NCBI GenBank assembly: GCA_963817895.1
Contig: CAWFQB010000001.1
Location: 1,344,001 to 1,408,000 of the forward strand
Source: an uncultured Chthonomonadaceae bacterium
GTDB taxonomy: Bacteria > Armatimonadota > Chthonomonadetes > Chthonomonadales > Chthonomonadaceae
Direction: 5' to 3'
Length of the DNA: 64,000 bases
Below are positions 40,836-51,383 of the stretch, piece by piece. The notes under the pieces are model-generated. The model ran no database searches. It worked only from the letters and a program-made list of their open reading frames with translations, and was not told the origin of the DNA. Both the position numbers and the translations under genes were made by a program. Within the stretch, counting starts at the first letter, position 1; every line of letters begins with the position of its first letter.

Positions 40836-41384
40836 CTACTCCGAGGCCGCAGCGAAAAATTTTCTACCCTCTTCCACTAGACGTTTCGCCTGTGCCGCAT
40901 CGCCGCGAGTGAGGGGTTTGAACGTTTTACCTGCCAGTTGATTGTAGGACACGAAGAAATGTTCGATCTCCGTTACCAGGCTGTTGGGCAAATCGCTTAA
41001 CTCATGTATATCCTTGTAATCTTGGGAACAGGTGGGAACCGCGAGAAGGCGGTCATTGCGCTCCGTTTTGCCGTCCCGTTCCGTCTGCTCGGCCTCAATC
41101 ACGCCAATTAAACGCGACGGCACAAGGTTGCCCTGAAACAGGGGCGCGTCCAGCAGGATCAGCACATCTAGCGGGTTGCCGTCCTCGCCCTGCGTGGAGG
41201 GGAGAAAACCGAAGTCGTAGGGAAACACGCTGCCAACCGGCATCACTTTTGTCAGGACGAACACGCCCTTATCCGCCTCGTAAGCGAACTTGCTGCGGCT
41301 GCCCTGCGGCGTTTCAATGATGATCTGCGCGTCGCCGGTTTCGGCGTCATACGTTTCCAGAGTCAGCAGTGAGGATTGAGACAT
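40836..41384 (-). CDS. ppa: Family I inorganic pyrophosphatase
   Basis: IIETPQGSRSK, PYDFGFLPST, EDGNPLDV, RNDRL, EIEHFF..YN. Confidence 0.88.
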   Translation of the reverse strand: MSQSSLLTLETYDAETGDAQIIIETPQGSRSKFAYEADKGVFVLTKVMPVGSVFPYDFGFLPSTQGEDGNPLDVLILLDAPLFQGNLVPSRLIGVIEAEQTERDGKTERNDRLLAVPTCSQDYKDIHELSDLPNSLVTEIEHFFVSYNQLAGKTFKPLTRGDAAQAKRLVEEGRKFFAAASE

Positions 41385-41447
41385 AAAACTACTTCCTTGC
41401 GCGTTTGTAGAATTCAGACGACGATCTTTATAATGCAATCGTGGCGG

Positions 41448-42113
41448 TCAGGCGTATTTGACCATCAGGGACTCGACAAGTCCGGCGACTTTCTCGCAAC
41501 GGTTGATGGCCTTTTCGATGCGCTCATAGACCTCTTTCCACTTGATGAGCGCGCGGGCGTCCAGCGCGGCATCGTCCAGCAGTTCGGAAAGCGCCTGCCA
41601 GAAAATTTTGTCCGACTGCTTTTCCAGCGCGTGAATACCGCCCATGACAGCGGATAATTCCGACTTCTTGAAGCCGTGCCGAAGTTGGCTGACCAAGGTT
41701 TGCGTCTCCTGCGTGATGCCCACAAGCAGCGAAGCGAGCGCGGGGAGGTCGGAACGGGGGGCAGTCAGATGGAACGCGCCGATACGCAGCGCGGCTGCTT
41801 CAATGGCGTCCGTAATACCGTCCAGACGTTCGGACAGCCTGTGCAGATCGCTTTTATCCAGGGGAGTGACGAACCGGCTGTCCACGCGGGCATTCAGCGT
41901 ATACGTGAGTTTGTCCGCCTCATGCTCGATGTCTTCCAGCCGTTTGAGGTACACGGGCATATCGGCGAAGTCGCTGACAAGAGATAAAAAGACGGTGGCG
42001 GCATCATACGCCGCCGCCGCCTGCGCTTCCAGCAGATCGTAGAAAACGGTATCTTGTTTGTTTGAGAACAGCATGAGCGAAGAAAATTCCTTCACAATCG
42101 GCATTGTTCCCAC
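41448..42113 (-). CDS. DUF47/PhoU-like phosphate transport regulator
   Basis: IEHEADK, FVTPLDK.D, LEKQSD, KWKEVYE. Confidence 0.88.
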   Translation of the reverse strand: MGTMPIVKEFSSLMLFSNKQDTVFYDLLEAQAAAAYDAATVFLSLVSDFADMPVYLKRLEDIEHEADKLTYTLNARVDSRFVTPLDKSDLHRLSERLDGITDAIEAAALRIGAFHLTAPRSDLPALASLLVGITQETQTLVSQLRHGFKKSELSAVMGGIHALEKQSDKIFWQALSELLDDAALDARALIKWKEVYERIEKAINRCEKVAGLVESLMVKYA

Positions 42114-42209
42114 TATGATACCTTAACATTGTCTTAATAATTGCGCGACTTCTTAATATAAAGAAGCCGCTTGATAAGACTTGACCGATTCTAACCCGCC
42201 GCAAGTCGT

Positions 42210-43582
42210 TGGTCTTCAGACCATTGCATAGGCGGGTTTCCCCTCAACCTCCCGCATTGCCGGCTTTCGCCCGATGCAAACTCCAGTGATCAGGCCGGAG
42301 GTGAGGGAGATAATTTTCCGTTCCCCATCCGCAACGGTGTATATTGACATAGATATGCGATATGATGTAAGTATGAGCATGATTTGTGTCAAATACAGGC
42401 TGTACCCTACGCCCGCGCAGGAAACCAAACTGCGGCATACCTTAGACGTGTGCCGCGATGTTTACAACAGTTTTCTCCATGGGCGGGAGTACGGCTATGA
42501 AGTGAACGGCAAGGCGTCTACGGAACGCGAGCAAGAAAAATGCTTGCCGTCTGGAAACAGGCGCATCCCGAACTCGCGACGGTTCATGCCCATCTGCTGC
42601 AAAATACCGCCATCCAGGTCGAACTTGCTTTCCAAGCGTTCTTTCGGCGCGTCAAGAACGGGGAAACTCCGGGCTACCCTCGTAAGAAGGGGCGGGGACA
42701 GTACGACAGTTTCACCTTCAAGGAGTACGGCAACGGCTGCAAGTTGAACGAGAACAGCGTCACTCTCTCCAAGATAGGAACCCTCAAGGCGGTGGCGCAT
42801 CGCGTGGTCGAAGGCGTGTACAAAACCTGTACCATTCGCAGGCAGGGCGAAAAGTGGTATGCCTGCTTTGCGGTGGAAGTCCCGCCCGAACCGCTCCCGC
42901 CGTCCGAAGAAGCCATTGGCATAGATGTCGGCTTGAACCAGTTCGCGGCGCTGTCTAACGGCGAGTTTATCCCCAACCCCCGCTTTTTCCGCAAGGACGA
43001 AAAGGCTCTAGCAAAAGCGCAACGCAAGGTGGAGAAGCACAAGAAAGGCTCTCCGCAACAACGCAAAGCCCGCAAGGTCGCTCGCCGTATCCATGAGCGT
43101 ATTGCCAATCGAAGGCACGATTTCGTTCACCAGACGGCGCGAACACTGGTCAACCGCTTTGGATACATTGCGGTCGAAAAACTCACCGTCAAGAACCTGA
43201 GCAAGCGTCCTGCGCCTGGGCAGGACGCGGAAACGGGTGAGTTCTTGCCTAATGGCGCAAGCCAAAAAGCAGGATTGAACAAGAGTATTTTAGATGCCGC
43301 ATGGTCAATGTTCCGCAGGGTGCTTGTGTCGAAGGCTGAAAGCGCCGGACGCAAGTATGTGGAAGTCAATCCGGCTTATACGAGCCAGGACTGTTCGGGT
43401 TGTGGGTATCGCGCTAAGAAGAAACTGTCGGAACGCTGGCACTACTGTCCGATGTGTTCCCTGTCTCTCGACCGCGATACCAACGCGGCCATCAATATCT
43501 TGAAAACCGCTGTGGGGCTACACAGCGTTGCGGGTATACCCGCATAGAAGCCGCCGGGATTTATCCTGCGCGGAGTAGTCAC
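42210..43582 (+). mobile_element. Non-autonomous IS200/IS605 element (left end approximate)
   Basis: tnpB followed by a hairpin right end AAGCCGCCGGG..GGAGTAGTCAC. Confidence 0.7.
42373..43547 (+). CDS. tnpB: TnpB (IS1341-type, no tnpA); frameshift in the A-run at 42536-42540
   Basis: KYRLYPT, GIDVG, AVEKL, YTSQDCSGCG, CPMC, DRDTNAAIN. Confidence 0.92.
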
Positions 43583-43589
43583 GTTGATC

Positions 43590-44339
43590 CTACACCTGTG
43601 CCATGCCGCCATCCACGAAGAGTTCCGTTCCCGCCACAAAACTGCTATCGTTGGAGGCGAGGAAGAGGGCGGGAAGCGCGATTTCGTCCACATGCCCGAT
43701 ACGGCCCAGAGGAACCTGCGCGGCTATCTGGGACTTGAATCCCTCGACCTGTTCCGGGGTCAATCCGGTTTTCCCAAAGATGGGAGTATCTATCGGGCCG
43801 GGGGAAAGAACATTGACACGGATTTTGCGCGCTTTGAGATCCGCCGTCCAGGTTCGCGCGAACGAGCGAAGAGCGGCTTTGGAGGCGGAGTATGCGCTGA
43901 AAGCCTCTATGCCTTTGATGCTGGCATTCGAGCCGTTCAAGATCACCGAGCCGCCATCGGGAATCAGAGACAGCAGTTTCTGCACGGTGAAAAACGTCCC
44001 TTTGACGTTCACCGCGAAGACTCGGTCGAACTGCTCCTCCGTCACTTGATCGAAGGGGGCAAAGTCGCCAATACCCGCGTTGGCGAAAATGATGTCTACT
44101 TTGCCGTAGTTTTTGGCGAGATGGTCGCGCAGACGGTCTATATCCGCCAGATTCGCGATGTCGCCAACAAATCCTTCGACATTGGCTCCCGCGCTCTGCG
44201 CGGCCTCTTCCGTCTCCTTCTGGCGACGGCCGGTGATGATGACCTTCGCGCCTTCTGCGGCGAAAAGGCGGGCGGTGGCAAGTCCCATCCCGCTGTTGCC
44301 CCCGGTAATCAGGGCAACTTTACCTGCAAGTTTGCTCAT
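43590..44339 (-). CDS. SDR family oxidoreductase
   Basis: TGGNSGMG, ANAG, YSASK. Confidence 0.95.
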   Translation of the reverse strand: MSKLAGKVALITGGNSGMGLATARLFAAEGAKVIITGRRQKETEEAAQSAGANVEGFVGDIANLADIDRLRDHLAKNYGKVDIIFANAGIGDFAPFDQVTEEQFDRVFAVNVKGTFFTVQKLLSLIPDGGSVILNGSNASIKGIEAFSAYSASKAALRSFARTWTADLKARKIRVNVLSPGPIDTPIFGKTGLTPEQVEGFKSQIAAQVPLGRIGHVDEIALPALFLASNDSSFVAGTELFVDGGMAQV

Positions 44340-44473
44340 CTCTGGTTCCTTTCATAAAGTAGCGTGGCTGATCTCACAGACAAGATCAGGGCGCTAGAAA
44401 AATGGGCAATGCAACGTGTTTCCCACAAGCGCGTCGCTTTACGCTGCGTAATGTGGTAACGACTATCTCCTTC

Positions 44474-44567
44474 AGAGCCTATCCCAATAGGCGCGAATTC
44501 GCGTCTGAAAGACGCTTGCACTTTCCTGCCGGGTATTTTCAATATCCGGCCTATTGGGATAGGCCCT
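44474..44567. repeat. MITE-like element with terminal inverted repeats and two internal hairpins
   Basis: GCCTATCCCAATAGG...CCTATTGGGATAGGC; related partial copy at 62802-62881. Confidence 0.65.
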
Positions 44568-45313
44568 TAACGAATGCCGCCGGTGGCGAGAAGCTGCTCC
44601 CCCGTAAGCCAGCCTGAGTCGTCGGAGGCCAGAAAAACGGCAATGGGAGCAATGTCACTGACCTGTCCTGTGCGACCAAGCGGCGCCTGCGCAATCAGCG
44701 ATTTCTCGAAATCCGAGCCGATAAATCCTGCGCTACGGCTGCCCTCGGTTTCGACCATGCCAGGATTGATTGTGTTCACCCGTATATTCTTCGGGCCGAA
44801 TTCGCGGGACCAGACGCCGGTAATCGCATCCAGCGCGCCCTTGGTGGCGGTATAGATTGTGGAATTCGCGGGCGTCAGGCGGCTGACGCCGGAACCGATG
44901 TTGATAATGCTTCCGCCTTCGCCTATATGCTTGATCGCCGCCTGCGTAACCAGCACCGCTCCCAGCACATTGATATTGAAGATGCGATGGAACTCCGCTT
45001 CGGTCACGGCCTCCAGGGGAGCAAAATCATAGACCCCGGAGTTGTTCACCAGCACATCCAGTCGGCCATAGTTGCGGATGGCGGCGTCCACAATGCCCTG
45101 TGCGCCTGCTGTCGTCGAAACATCCCCTCCAACAGCGACGGCGGTTCCTCCCGCCTCCACAATAGCCGCGACGACCGCGTCCGCGCCGGATTTGCTGGAA
45201 GCGTAGTTCACAACGACCGAAGCGCCTTCCGCGGCCAGCCCTCTGGCGATACCGGCGCCAATGCCCTTTGAGGCGCCCGTGACAATGGCGACTTTACCCG
45301 TTAGTTTGCCCAT
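44567..45313 (-). CDS. SDR family oxidoreductase
   Basis: TGASKGIG, NNSG, YTATK. Confidence 0.95.
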   Translation of the reverse strand: MGKLTGKVAIVTGASKGIGAGIARGLAAEGASVVVNYASSKSGADAVVAAIVEAGGTAVAVGGDVSTTAGAQGIVDAAIRNYGRLDVLVNNSGVYDFAPLEAVTEAEFHRIFNINVLGAVLVTQAAIKHIGEGGSIINIGSGVSRLTPANSTIYTATKGALDAITGVWSREFGPKNIRVNTINPGMVETEGSRSAGFIGSDFEKSLIAQAPLGRTGQVSDIAPIAVFLASDDSGWLTGEQLLATGGIR

Positions 45314-45617
45314 GTTCGTATCCTTTCTGTGTAGGTTTACATCCTGTTCCGCCATTCCTCGACTTCCAGAAGGAGAGAGGTTTGCCCCGGAGCAATGATT
45401 ACGCGATTCTACGCCCCGGGTCAGTTCAATAGTTCCGAATTTAAGAACTAATGAACTATTCTTTTTCCTGTGGCGGGAGGGGCTAACAACCGGCTCGTTC
45501 TTAACGTAGGGAAGCAGTGTAAGCAACCAGGACTCAAACATGCGCGAACCGGCATTAACGCGCGCTCACCTGACAAAATCCGGCAAATCTGATATAGAAA
45601 CGGTCGTAAGCGACCGT

Positions 45618-45986
45618 ATGACAACACCTATGCGACCTCTCTATCATCCGTCCGTGGAAGACATCACCGTAGAAAACATTATGTATGCGCTTGCCGATCC
45701 CGCGCGCGTGGCTATTTTTGCCGACATCGTTGGTTCGGACTGCGCGCAGACCTGTTCGCGCTTTCTGAACATGAGCGCGATAGCGATCCCGAAATCCACG
45801 CTTTCCCGGCATTTCAAAATCCTGCGGGAAGCGGGCCTCATCCGAAGCGAACGGCAGGGTGTCGAGATGCGCAATACTTCGCGCTGCGCGGAGGTCGAGA
45901 AACGTTTTCCGGGCTTGATACAGGCGATTGTGCAGGCGCACAACATCCAGTTGGCGGACAAGGCGCGGACGGACAAAGCAAGTTAG
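45618..45986 (+). CDS. ArsR/SmtB family transcriptional regulator
   Basis: ALADPAR, KSTLSRHFKILREAGLI; divergent from the SDR genes. Confidence 0.9.
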   Translation: MTTPMRPLYHPSVEDITVENIMYALADPARVAIFADIVGSDCAQTCSRFLNMSAIAIPKSTLSRHFKILREAGLIRSERQGVEMRNTSRCAEVEKRFPGLIQAIVQAHNIQLADKARTDKAS

Positions 45987-46071
45987 CGCCCCTGGCATAT
46001 TCAGAAAAACCGCGCAGCAGTAGAGGTATCAGGTAGCAGGTGATGTTCCGCTATCCGGAGAGGAGGCTCGT

Positions 46072-47140
46072 ATGGCCGAAAAGACGGCTCTTGTAGTGGG
46101 TTCGACCGGCATCGTTGGCCTGAACCTGGCGACGCATCTTGCCCAACAGAATTGGGCGGTTTACGGCCTGGCCCGGAGGCCGACTGTATCCGCAGGGATT
46201 CACGCGGTTGCTGCCGATCTCCTTGACCCGGCAACTCTTGCAGCCGCTCTTAAGGACATCAGGCCAACCCACGTTTACATTACAACCTGGATGCGTCAGC
46301 CCACTGAAGCCGAAAATATCAGGGTCAACGCCGCCATGGTCCGAAACCTCCTTGATGCGGTTTCCAAATTGAAGTTTGTGGAACATGTAGCGTTGGTCAC
46401 GGGTTTGAAGCACTATCTGGGACCGTTTGAATCCTATGGAAAAGGAAAATTGCCTGCCACTCCCTTCCGTGAGGAACAGGGCCGATTGGACATAGAAAAC
46501 TTCTATTATGCGCAGGAAGATGAGGTTTTCGCAGCGGCAGAGCGAGAGGGGTTCGGCTGGAGCGTACACCGTCCGCATACCATTATCGGCTACGCTGTCG
46601 GGAATGCGATGAACATGGGGGGCACGCTCGCCGCGTATGCCGCGATTTGCCGCGAAACGGGACGCCCGTTCCTCTTTCCAGGCTCCGCCGCGCAGTGGAA
46701 TGGACTGACAGATGTGACGGACGCAGCGGCTTCTCGCGCGCCATCTTTTATGGGCGGGTACGACGCCCATTGCCCGCAATCAAGCGTTCAACATTGTCAA
46801 TGGTGACGTCTTCCGTTGGAGTTGGATGTGGGAGCGTATCGCGAATTGGTTTGGAATAGCCGGCGCCACTTTTCCCGGTGAGGCAACCCCTTTGGAAGCG
46901 CAACTCGCCGATGCGTCCCCGATCTGGACAGAGATAGCCACAAAGTATCACCTGAGCGAACCTAACCTCCACACCCTTGTCTCTCCCTGGCATACCGATG
47001 CTGACCTGGGACGCCCAATCGAAGTTATGACGGACATGAGCAAGAGCCGGAAGATGGGCTTCCTCGATTACCAGGCTTCAGGATCGATAGCTTCTTTGAT
47101 CTTTTCAACCGTCTTCGCGACGCGCGCCTGAATTCCATAG
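46072..47140 (+). CDS. Progesterone 5-beta-reductase/PRISE-like SDR; frameshifts near 46727, 47080 and 47130
   Basis: GSTGIVG, TGLKHY, NFYY..ED, AFNIVNGDVFRW, SKSRKMGF, SFFDLFNRLR across frames. Confidence 0.85.
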
Positions 47141-47153
47141 AGGGACACCCTCA

Positions 47154-48810
47154 CTAACTGCTATTACCCGGTTTGAGGATTTCCACCGGGGACTTGTCCT
47201 GTACCTGCGCCTGTCCCAGCGTGATGACCTGATCGCCCGGTTTCAGGCCCGACGTGACTTCAACGTCTTTAAGGTTGGCGTAGCCGACTTTCACTTTGCG
47301 CTCTTCAGCGACTTTGTTGTTGACCACGAACAAGCGTCCGGCTTTGCCGTCGTTGTCCAGAACGGCGTCGCGTGGCACAAGCACGACATTGCGATGCGTG
47401 TTCAGCGTAATCTCGCCCCGCGCGAACATCTGCGGGCGGAGTGTGCTGCCCTCATTGCGCAGGCCGATACGCACCGTGAAGTTGCGGGCGGCGGACGAGG
47501 CGACCGGGAAAATCTGCTTCACCGCGCCCTGAAACGTCCGGTTGGGAAACGCGCTCACGGTCACGGTTACAGTTTTGCCGGGAGTCACTTCGGCGTACAT
47601 AGATTTCGGGCAGTTGCGCGTCGAAATAGATGCTATCCAGCGCGACGAGCCGCATCACGCCGAATCCCGCCGCCACCTGCTGCCCCGGTTCCACCTTGCG
47701 CTCGGCCACTACGCCCTCAATCGGGGCGCGTATGGCGGCATCCGACAGAGCCTGCTGCGCAAGACGAACGGCAGCTTCGGCCTGCTGTATGCTGGCCTGC
47801 GCCTGCTGTACCCCCGCTTCCGCTGTTGTCACATCGGCGCGGCGCAAATTGACCTGACTGCGGTTCGCCTGCGCGGTAATGAGAGTTTGGCGGGACTGCT
47901 CGACTGTAGCTTCCGCCCGCGCCACATCCTCCGTGCGCGAACCCTCCTGCACCAGACTGAGATTCTCCTGCGCCGAGCGAATTCGCGCGTCCGCCGAGGA
48001 CACTTTGGCTTTGGCGGCGTTGACATGGGCAAGGCCGCTTTCCGAAACGGCCTGCGCCTGATCCAACTGCTGCGCGGGAATGGCGTTCTGCTTGAACAGC
48101 GATTGATAGCGCCGCAAATCGGATTGCGCCCGGTTGTAATCGGCCTGTGCGCTGGCAAGGTCGGCTACATTGCTTTCCCGATCCGCCTGCGCCTGCGACA
48201 CAGCCTGCTGCGCCTGCTGCCGCTCCTGCGTTCGCGCCCCGGTTTTCACCACTGCGGCGGATTGCTGCGCGGCGGTCAATCCTGCCTTTGCCTGACTGAC
48301 CGCGCTTGCCGTCTGCTGATCGGTCAGTTTTACGGTTGTTTGCGCATTGGAAAGCGTTTCGCGGGCCTGCGCCAAACGGGTTTGCGCCTGCCGTAGATTG
48401 GCGCGCTGCTGATCCAACTGCGCCGAAAAATCAGACACATCTTGCTGCACCACGACCGCGCCCCGATGCACCGTATCCCCCTCGCGGTAGTAGACAAAAC
48501 TGATTTTGCCCGCCAGTTTGGAGCCGACTGTCACATCGTTTTGCGCGCTCAACGCGCCCGTCACCTGCTGCGTTTGGGTAATCACGCCGGTTCGGGCGGA
48601 CATAACGCCTACCTGCGTGGCTGTGGGCGCGGCGGGTTTCGCCCCTGCGCCCTTCGCATCGGTTTTAGCCGCGTCGCCGCCCGGTTTACGGCATCCCGTC
48701 AGGCCAATCACGCCCGTTACGGCTACAATTCCAGCGAGGGCGCGAACCCGATTATGTGAATGTTTCATTGGTAAGTTTCTGAATAGGTTTCTGGAAAGGG
48801 TTGATTTCAT
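47154..48810 (-). CDS. Efflux periplasmic adaptor (membrane fusion protein); frameshift near 47605
   Basis: Lipobox LTGC, long coiled coil, IRAPIEGVV, LRPQMFA, GLKPGDQV. Confidence 0.88.
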
Positions 48811-50867
48811 TAGCGGCGTCCTCCCGTGGGCGTACTGCCTGTCACGCGGGGCGGGGGCGGAGCGGCAAATCCCGGCCCATTGTTCAGATACGCATAGCGG
48901 CCTGCCGCTTTGTCCAGCGTGGCACGCGCGTTGTTATAATCGTACAGGGCGTTGACCTGATTGTTTTCCGCAAGCGTGAGCGCGTTCTGCGCGTCGCTCA
49001 CCTCTACCAGCGTGGAAACGCCGTTGGTATAGCGGACGCGCGCCAGCCGGTAGCTTTCAATCGCCTGTCCGAGCGAAGCGTTGGCGACGGCAACCCGGTC
49101 ACGCGCCTGCAATAAATTAAGATACGACGTCCGAACATCCAGATGCACCGTATCTACGGCGGTTCGGCGGTTGGTTTCCGCAGTGGCGACATCCGCCCGC
49201 GCCTGCGTCACCCGCCCGCTGGAAAGCCCGCCGTCGTACAGCGGAAACGACAGCGCGACAACAAACGACTCGGTATCTGTCTGAGGTGAAAACCCGGCAG
49301 TATTAGGCGAGTATTGGGCGTTCGCGCTGAGATTGAGAACCGGCAGTTGACTGCGCCGCGCCAGCCGAATCCCTTTGCGGGCGGCGGCGATTTGCGCGTC
49401 CGATTCTAAAATTTCCGGGCGATTGACAAGGGCTTCCTGAACCACCGCCTGATACTCCGGCCCCAATACCTGCGACGCGGACACAATCACGGGCTGCCGC
49501 GTGGAACCGGTTCCCCCGGACGGCGGCAGTGTGGGATTTTGGGGAACTTCGGGCGGCGCGACGGGATTGGCGGGCAGAATGGCGTTTGGGTTCGCTCCCG
49601 TTGCGGGCGGCTGGCCGTTCGGGTTGATGTTTGCATCGGGCGGCAACACGCCGGGCGGGTCCAGTACGGCGTTGACGCTGGTGATGGACAGGGCCGTATC
49701 AATGTTCAGGCCCATATTGTTGTTCAATTGGCCCAGCGCGTTGTCCACATTGGCCTGTGACGCGATCACCTGCTGGCGGGCGTTGTTGGCATCCGTTTGC
49801 GCCCGGATCACATCGAACTGCGCCACCGTACCCGCCGCGAATTTAATTTGCGCGTCCCGCAGCCGATCTTCCGAATTGCGCAGGGTTTCCTGCGCCACCG
49901 TAAGAAGCCCCTGCTGGCGCAGCACGGCGTAAAACGCGGTCTTGGTGTCCAAAACGATCTGGTTGCGGGTTCGGTTGATGTCTATGCGCTGCGCCACTTC
50001 GAGGAACTGCGCCTGCCGCACGGCTTCGCGCAACAATCCCGCAATGTCAATGGGCAGCGACACGGACGCATTGAACACGGGCTGGTCGGCGTTGACAAAT
50101 GTAATCACGTTGCTTCCGCTACCCGTTGTTGTGGTTGTGCCGCCGGTTGTGGTTGTAGTTCCTCCGGTTGTAGTTCCTCCGGTAGTGGTACCCCCGGTGG
50201 TGGTTCCGCCTGTGGTTGTTCCGCCCGTTGTGCCGCCTGTTCCGGTAGTGCCGCCGGTTGTAGTTCCTCCGGTCGTGGTTCCTCCGGTTCCTGTGCTGCC
50301 GCCGTCGCCGGTAGTTCCTCCCGTTGTGGTTCCCCCGGTTGTGGTCGTTCCCCCCGTCGTTGTCGTTGTGCCGCTACTGCCGCCGCCGATGGCCGCGCTC
50401 TGGCTTCGGCTCAGGCGCGTGTAGGTAAATCCGCTGCTGACAGTGGGGTTGAACGCGGCGCGGGTTTCGGAAAGCCGCCCCTGCGCGCGCAGCAGGGCGG
50501 CGGTGGAAAGCGCCAGTTGGCGGTTGTTGGCAAGCGCGATGGCAACCGCGTCGTCAATGCTCAATGGCTGCGGCGGCACGCGCCCCGTCAATTGGTTCAA
50601 TCGGGGCGACGCCAGCAGCGGTTTATCCGGCTTTGGCAGGGGACTTGTCGGCGCGGGCAGGGGCGCTTGCAGTCCCGTTGGCGGCGGCGTGTTCGGAATC
50701 GTCGGGCCTGTTGTCGGTGTTTGTCCGCCCGGTATCGTGTTGGGTTGCGTCTGTGGAACGGGCGCGGCGGTCTGCGCCCCGGTTGCGGGCGCAAGTATCG
50801 GGATCGCCGCCAGACTCAGCATCCACGCGGCAGGCGCGAGTTGCGCAATTCTCATTTCAGTCCTCAT
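48810..50867 (-). CDS. TolC-family outer membrane efflux protein with Gly/Thr and Pro-rich insertions
   Basis: ALANNRQL, FPLYDGG, RYTNGVST..EV.DAQ; GGTTT repeats. Confidence 0.88.
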   Translation of the reverse strand: MRTEMRIAQLAPAAWMLSLAAIPILAPATGAQTAAPVPQTQPNTIPGGQTPTTGPTIPNTPPPTGLQAPLPAPTSPLPKPDKPLLASPRLNQLTGRVPPQPLSIDDAVAIALANNRQLALSTAALLRAQGRLSETRAAFNPTVSSGFTYTRLSRSQSAAIGGGSSGTTTTTGGTTTTGGTTTGGTTGDGGSTGTGGTTTGGTTTGGTTGTGGTTGGTTTGGTTTGGTTTGGTTTGGTTTTTGGTTTTTGSGSNVITFVNADQPVFNASVSLPIDIAGLLREAVRQAQFLEVAQRIDINRTRNQIVLDTKTAFYAVLRQQGLLTVAQETLRNSEDRLRDAQIKFAAGTVAQFDVIRAQTDANNARQQVIASQANVDNALGQLNNNMGLNIDTALSITSVNAVLDPPGVLPPDANINPNGQPPATGANPNAILPANPVAPPEVPQNPTLPPSGGTGSTRQPVIVSASQVLGPEYQAVVQEALVNRPEILESDAQIAAARKGIRLARRSQLPVLNLSANAQYSPNTAGFSPQTDTESFVVALSFPLYDGGLSSGRVTQARADVATAETNRRTAVDTVHLDVRTSYLNLLQARDRVAVANASLGQAIESYRLARVRYTNGVSTLVEVSDAQNALTLAENNQVNALYDYNNARATLDKAAGRYAYLNNGPGFAAPPPPRVTGSTPTGGRR

Positions 50868-51147
50868 GGGGCGCGTCCTCCGGCAGGACGCGCCCGGTTT
50901 CTTTGTCGTCGCGCTCCGCGTGTTCCAGCGTGGCGAGCATCTGCGTCATAAACTCGCGCACGGAAGCGAGGGGCAACAGCACAATGCCTTTGCCGGAGGG
51001 ATGGGTCATAATCATCAGTTTGTCGCCGGGCTGAATCGCCAGGTCTTTGCGCAGGTCGGCGGGTATGACAATCTGGCCCCGTTCGCCAACGGTCGCCGTG
51101 CCATAAAAACACTCGTCCACTTTTCCTGTTCGGGTTTTTTCCGCCAT
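50857..51147 (-). CDS. AbrB/MazE/SpoVT family DNA-binding protein
   Basis: ATVGERGQIVIPADLRK.L.I.PGD. Confidence 0.9.
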   Translation of the reverse strand: MAEKTRTGKVDECFYGTATVGERGQIVIPADLRKDLAIQPGDKLMIMTHPSGKGIVLLPLASVREFMTQMLATLEHAERDDKETGRVLPEDAPHED

Positions 51148-51183
51148 AACTGCTCTTCCCTGCTTCGCAATTTTCCGTGTCTC

Positions 51184-51215
51184 AAAGTATGACATTTCAT
51201 ACTTTTCATACTTTT
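51184..51215. promoter_or_regulatory. Candidate operator upstream of the AbrB-tolC-MFP operon
   Basis: AAAGTATGA/TCATACTTT inverted pair plus a TTTCATACT direct repeat. Confidence 0.45.
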
Positions 51216-51383
51216 GTTCCTGTGTCATGGTTATTTACGCTTCGTCAACCTGTGAAGTTGCAAAATAAGTTAAGCCGGGTGAACGCGGCAAATTTTAGAT
51301 ACGCCGGCCCTGTCCCTCATCCCTGCTTGACACACGCGAACCTGTCTGCCATAATAACGCGACAGAACTTTACCTGAAACACC

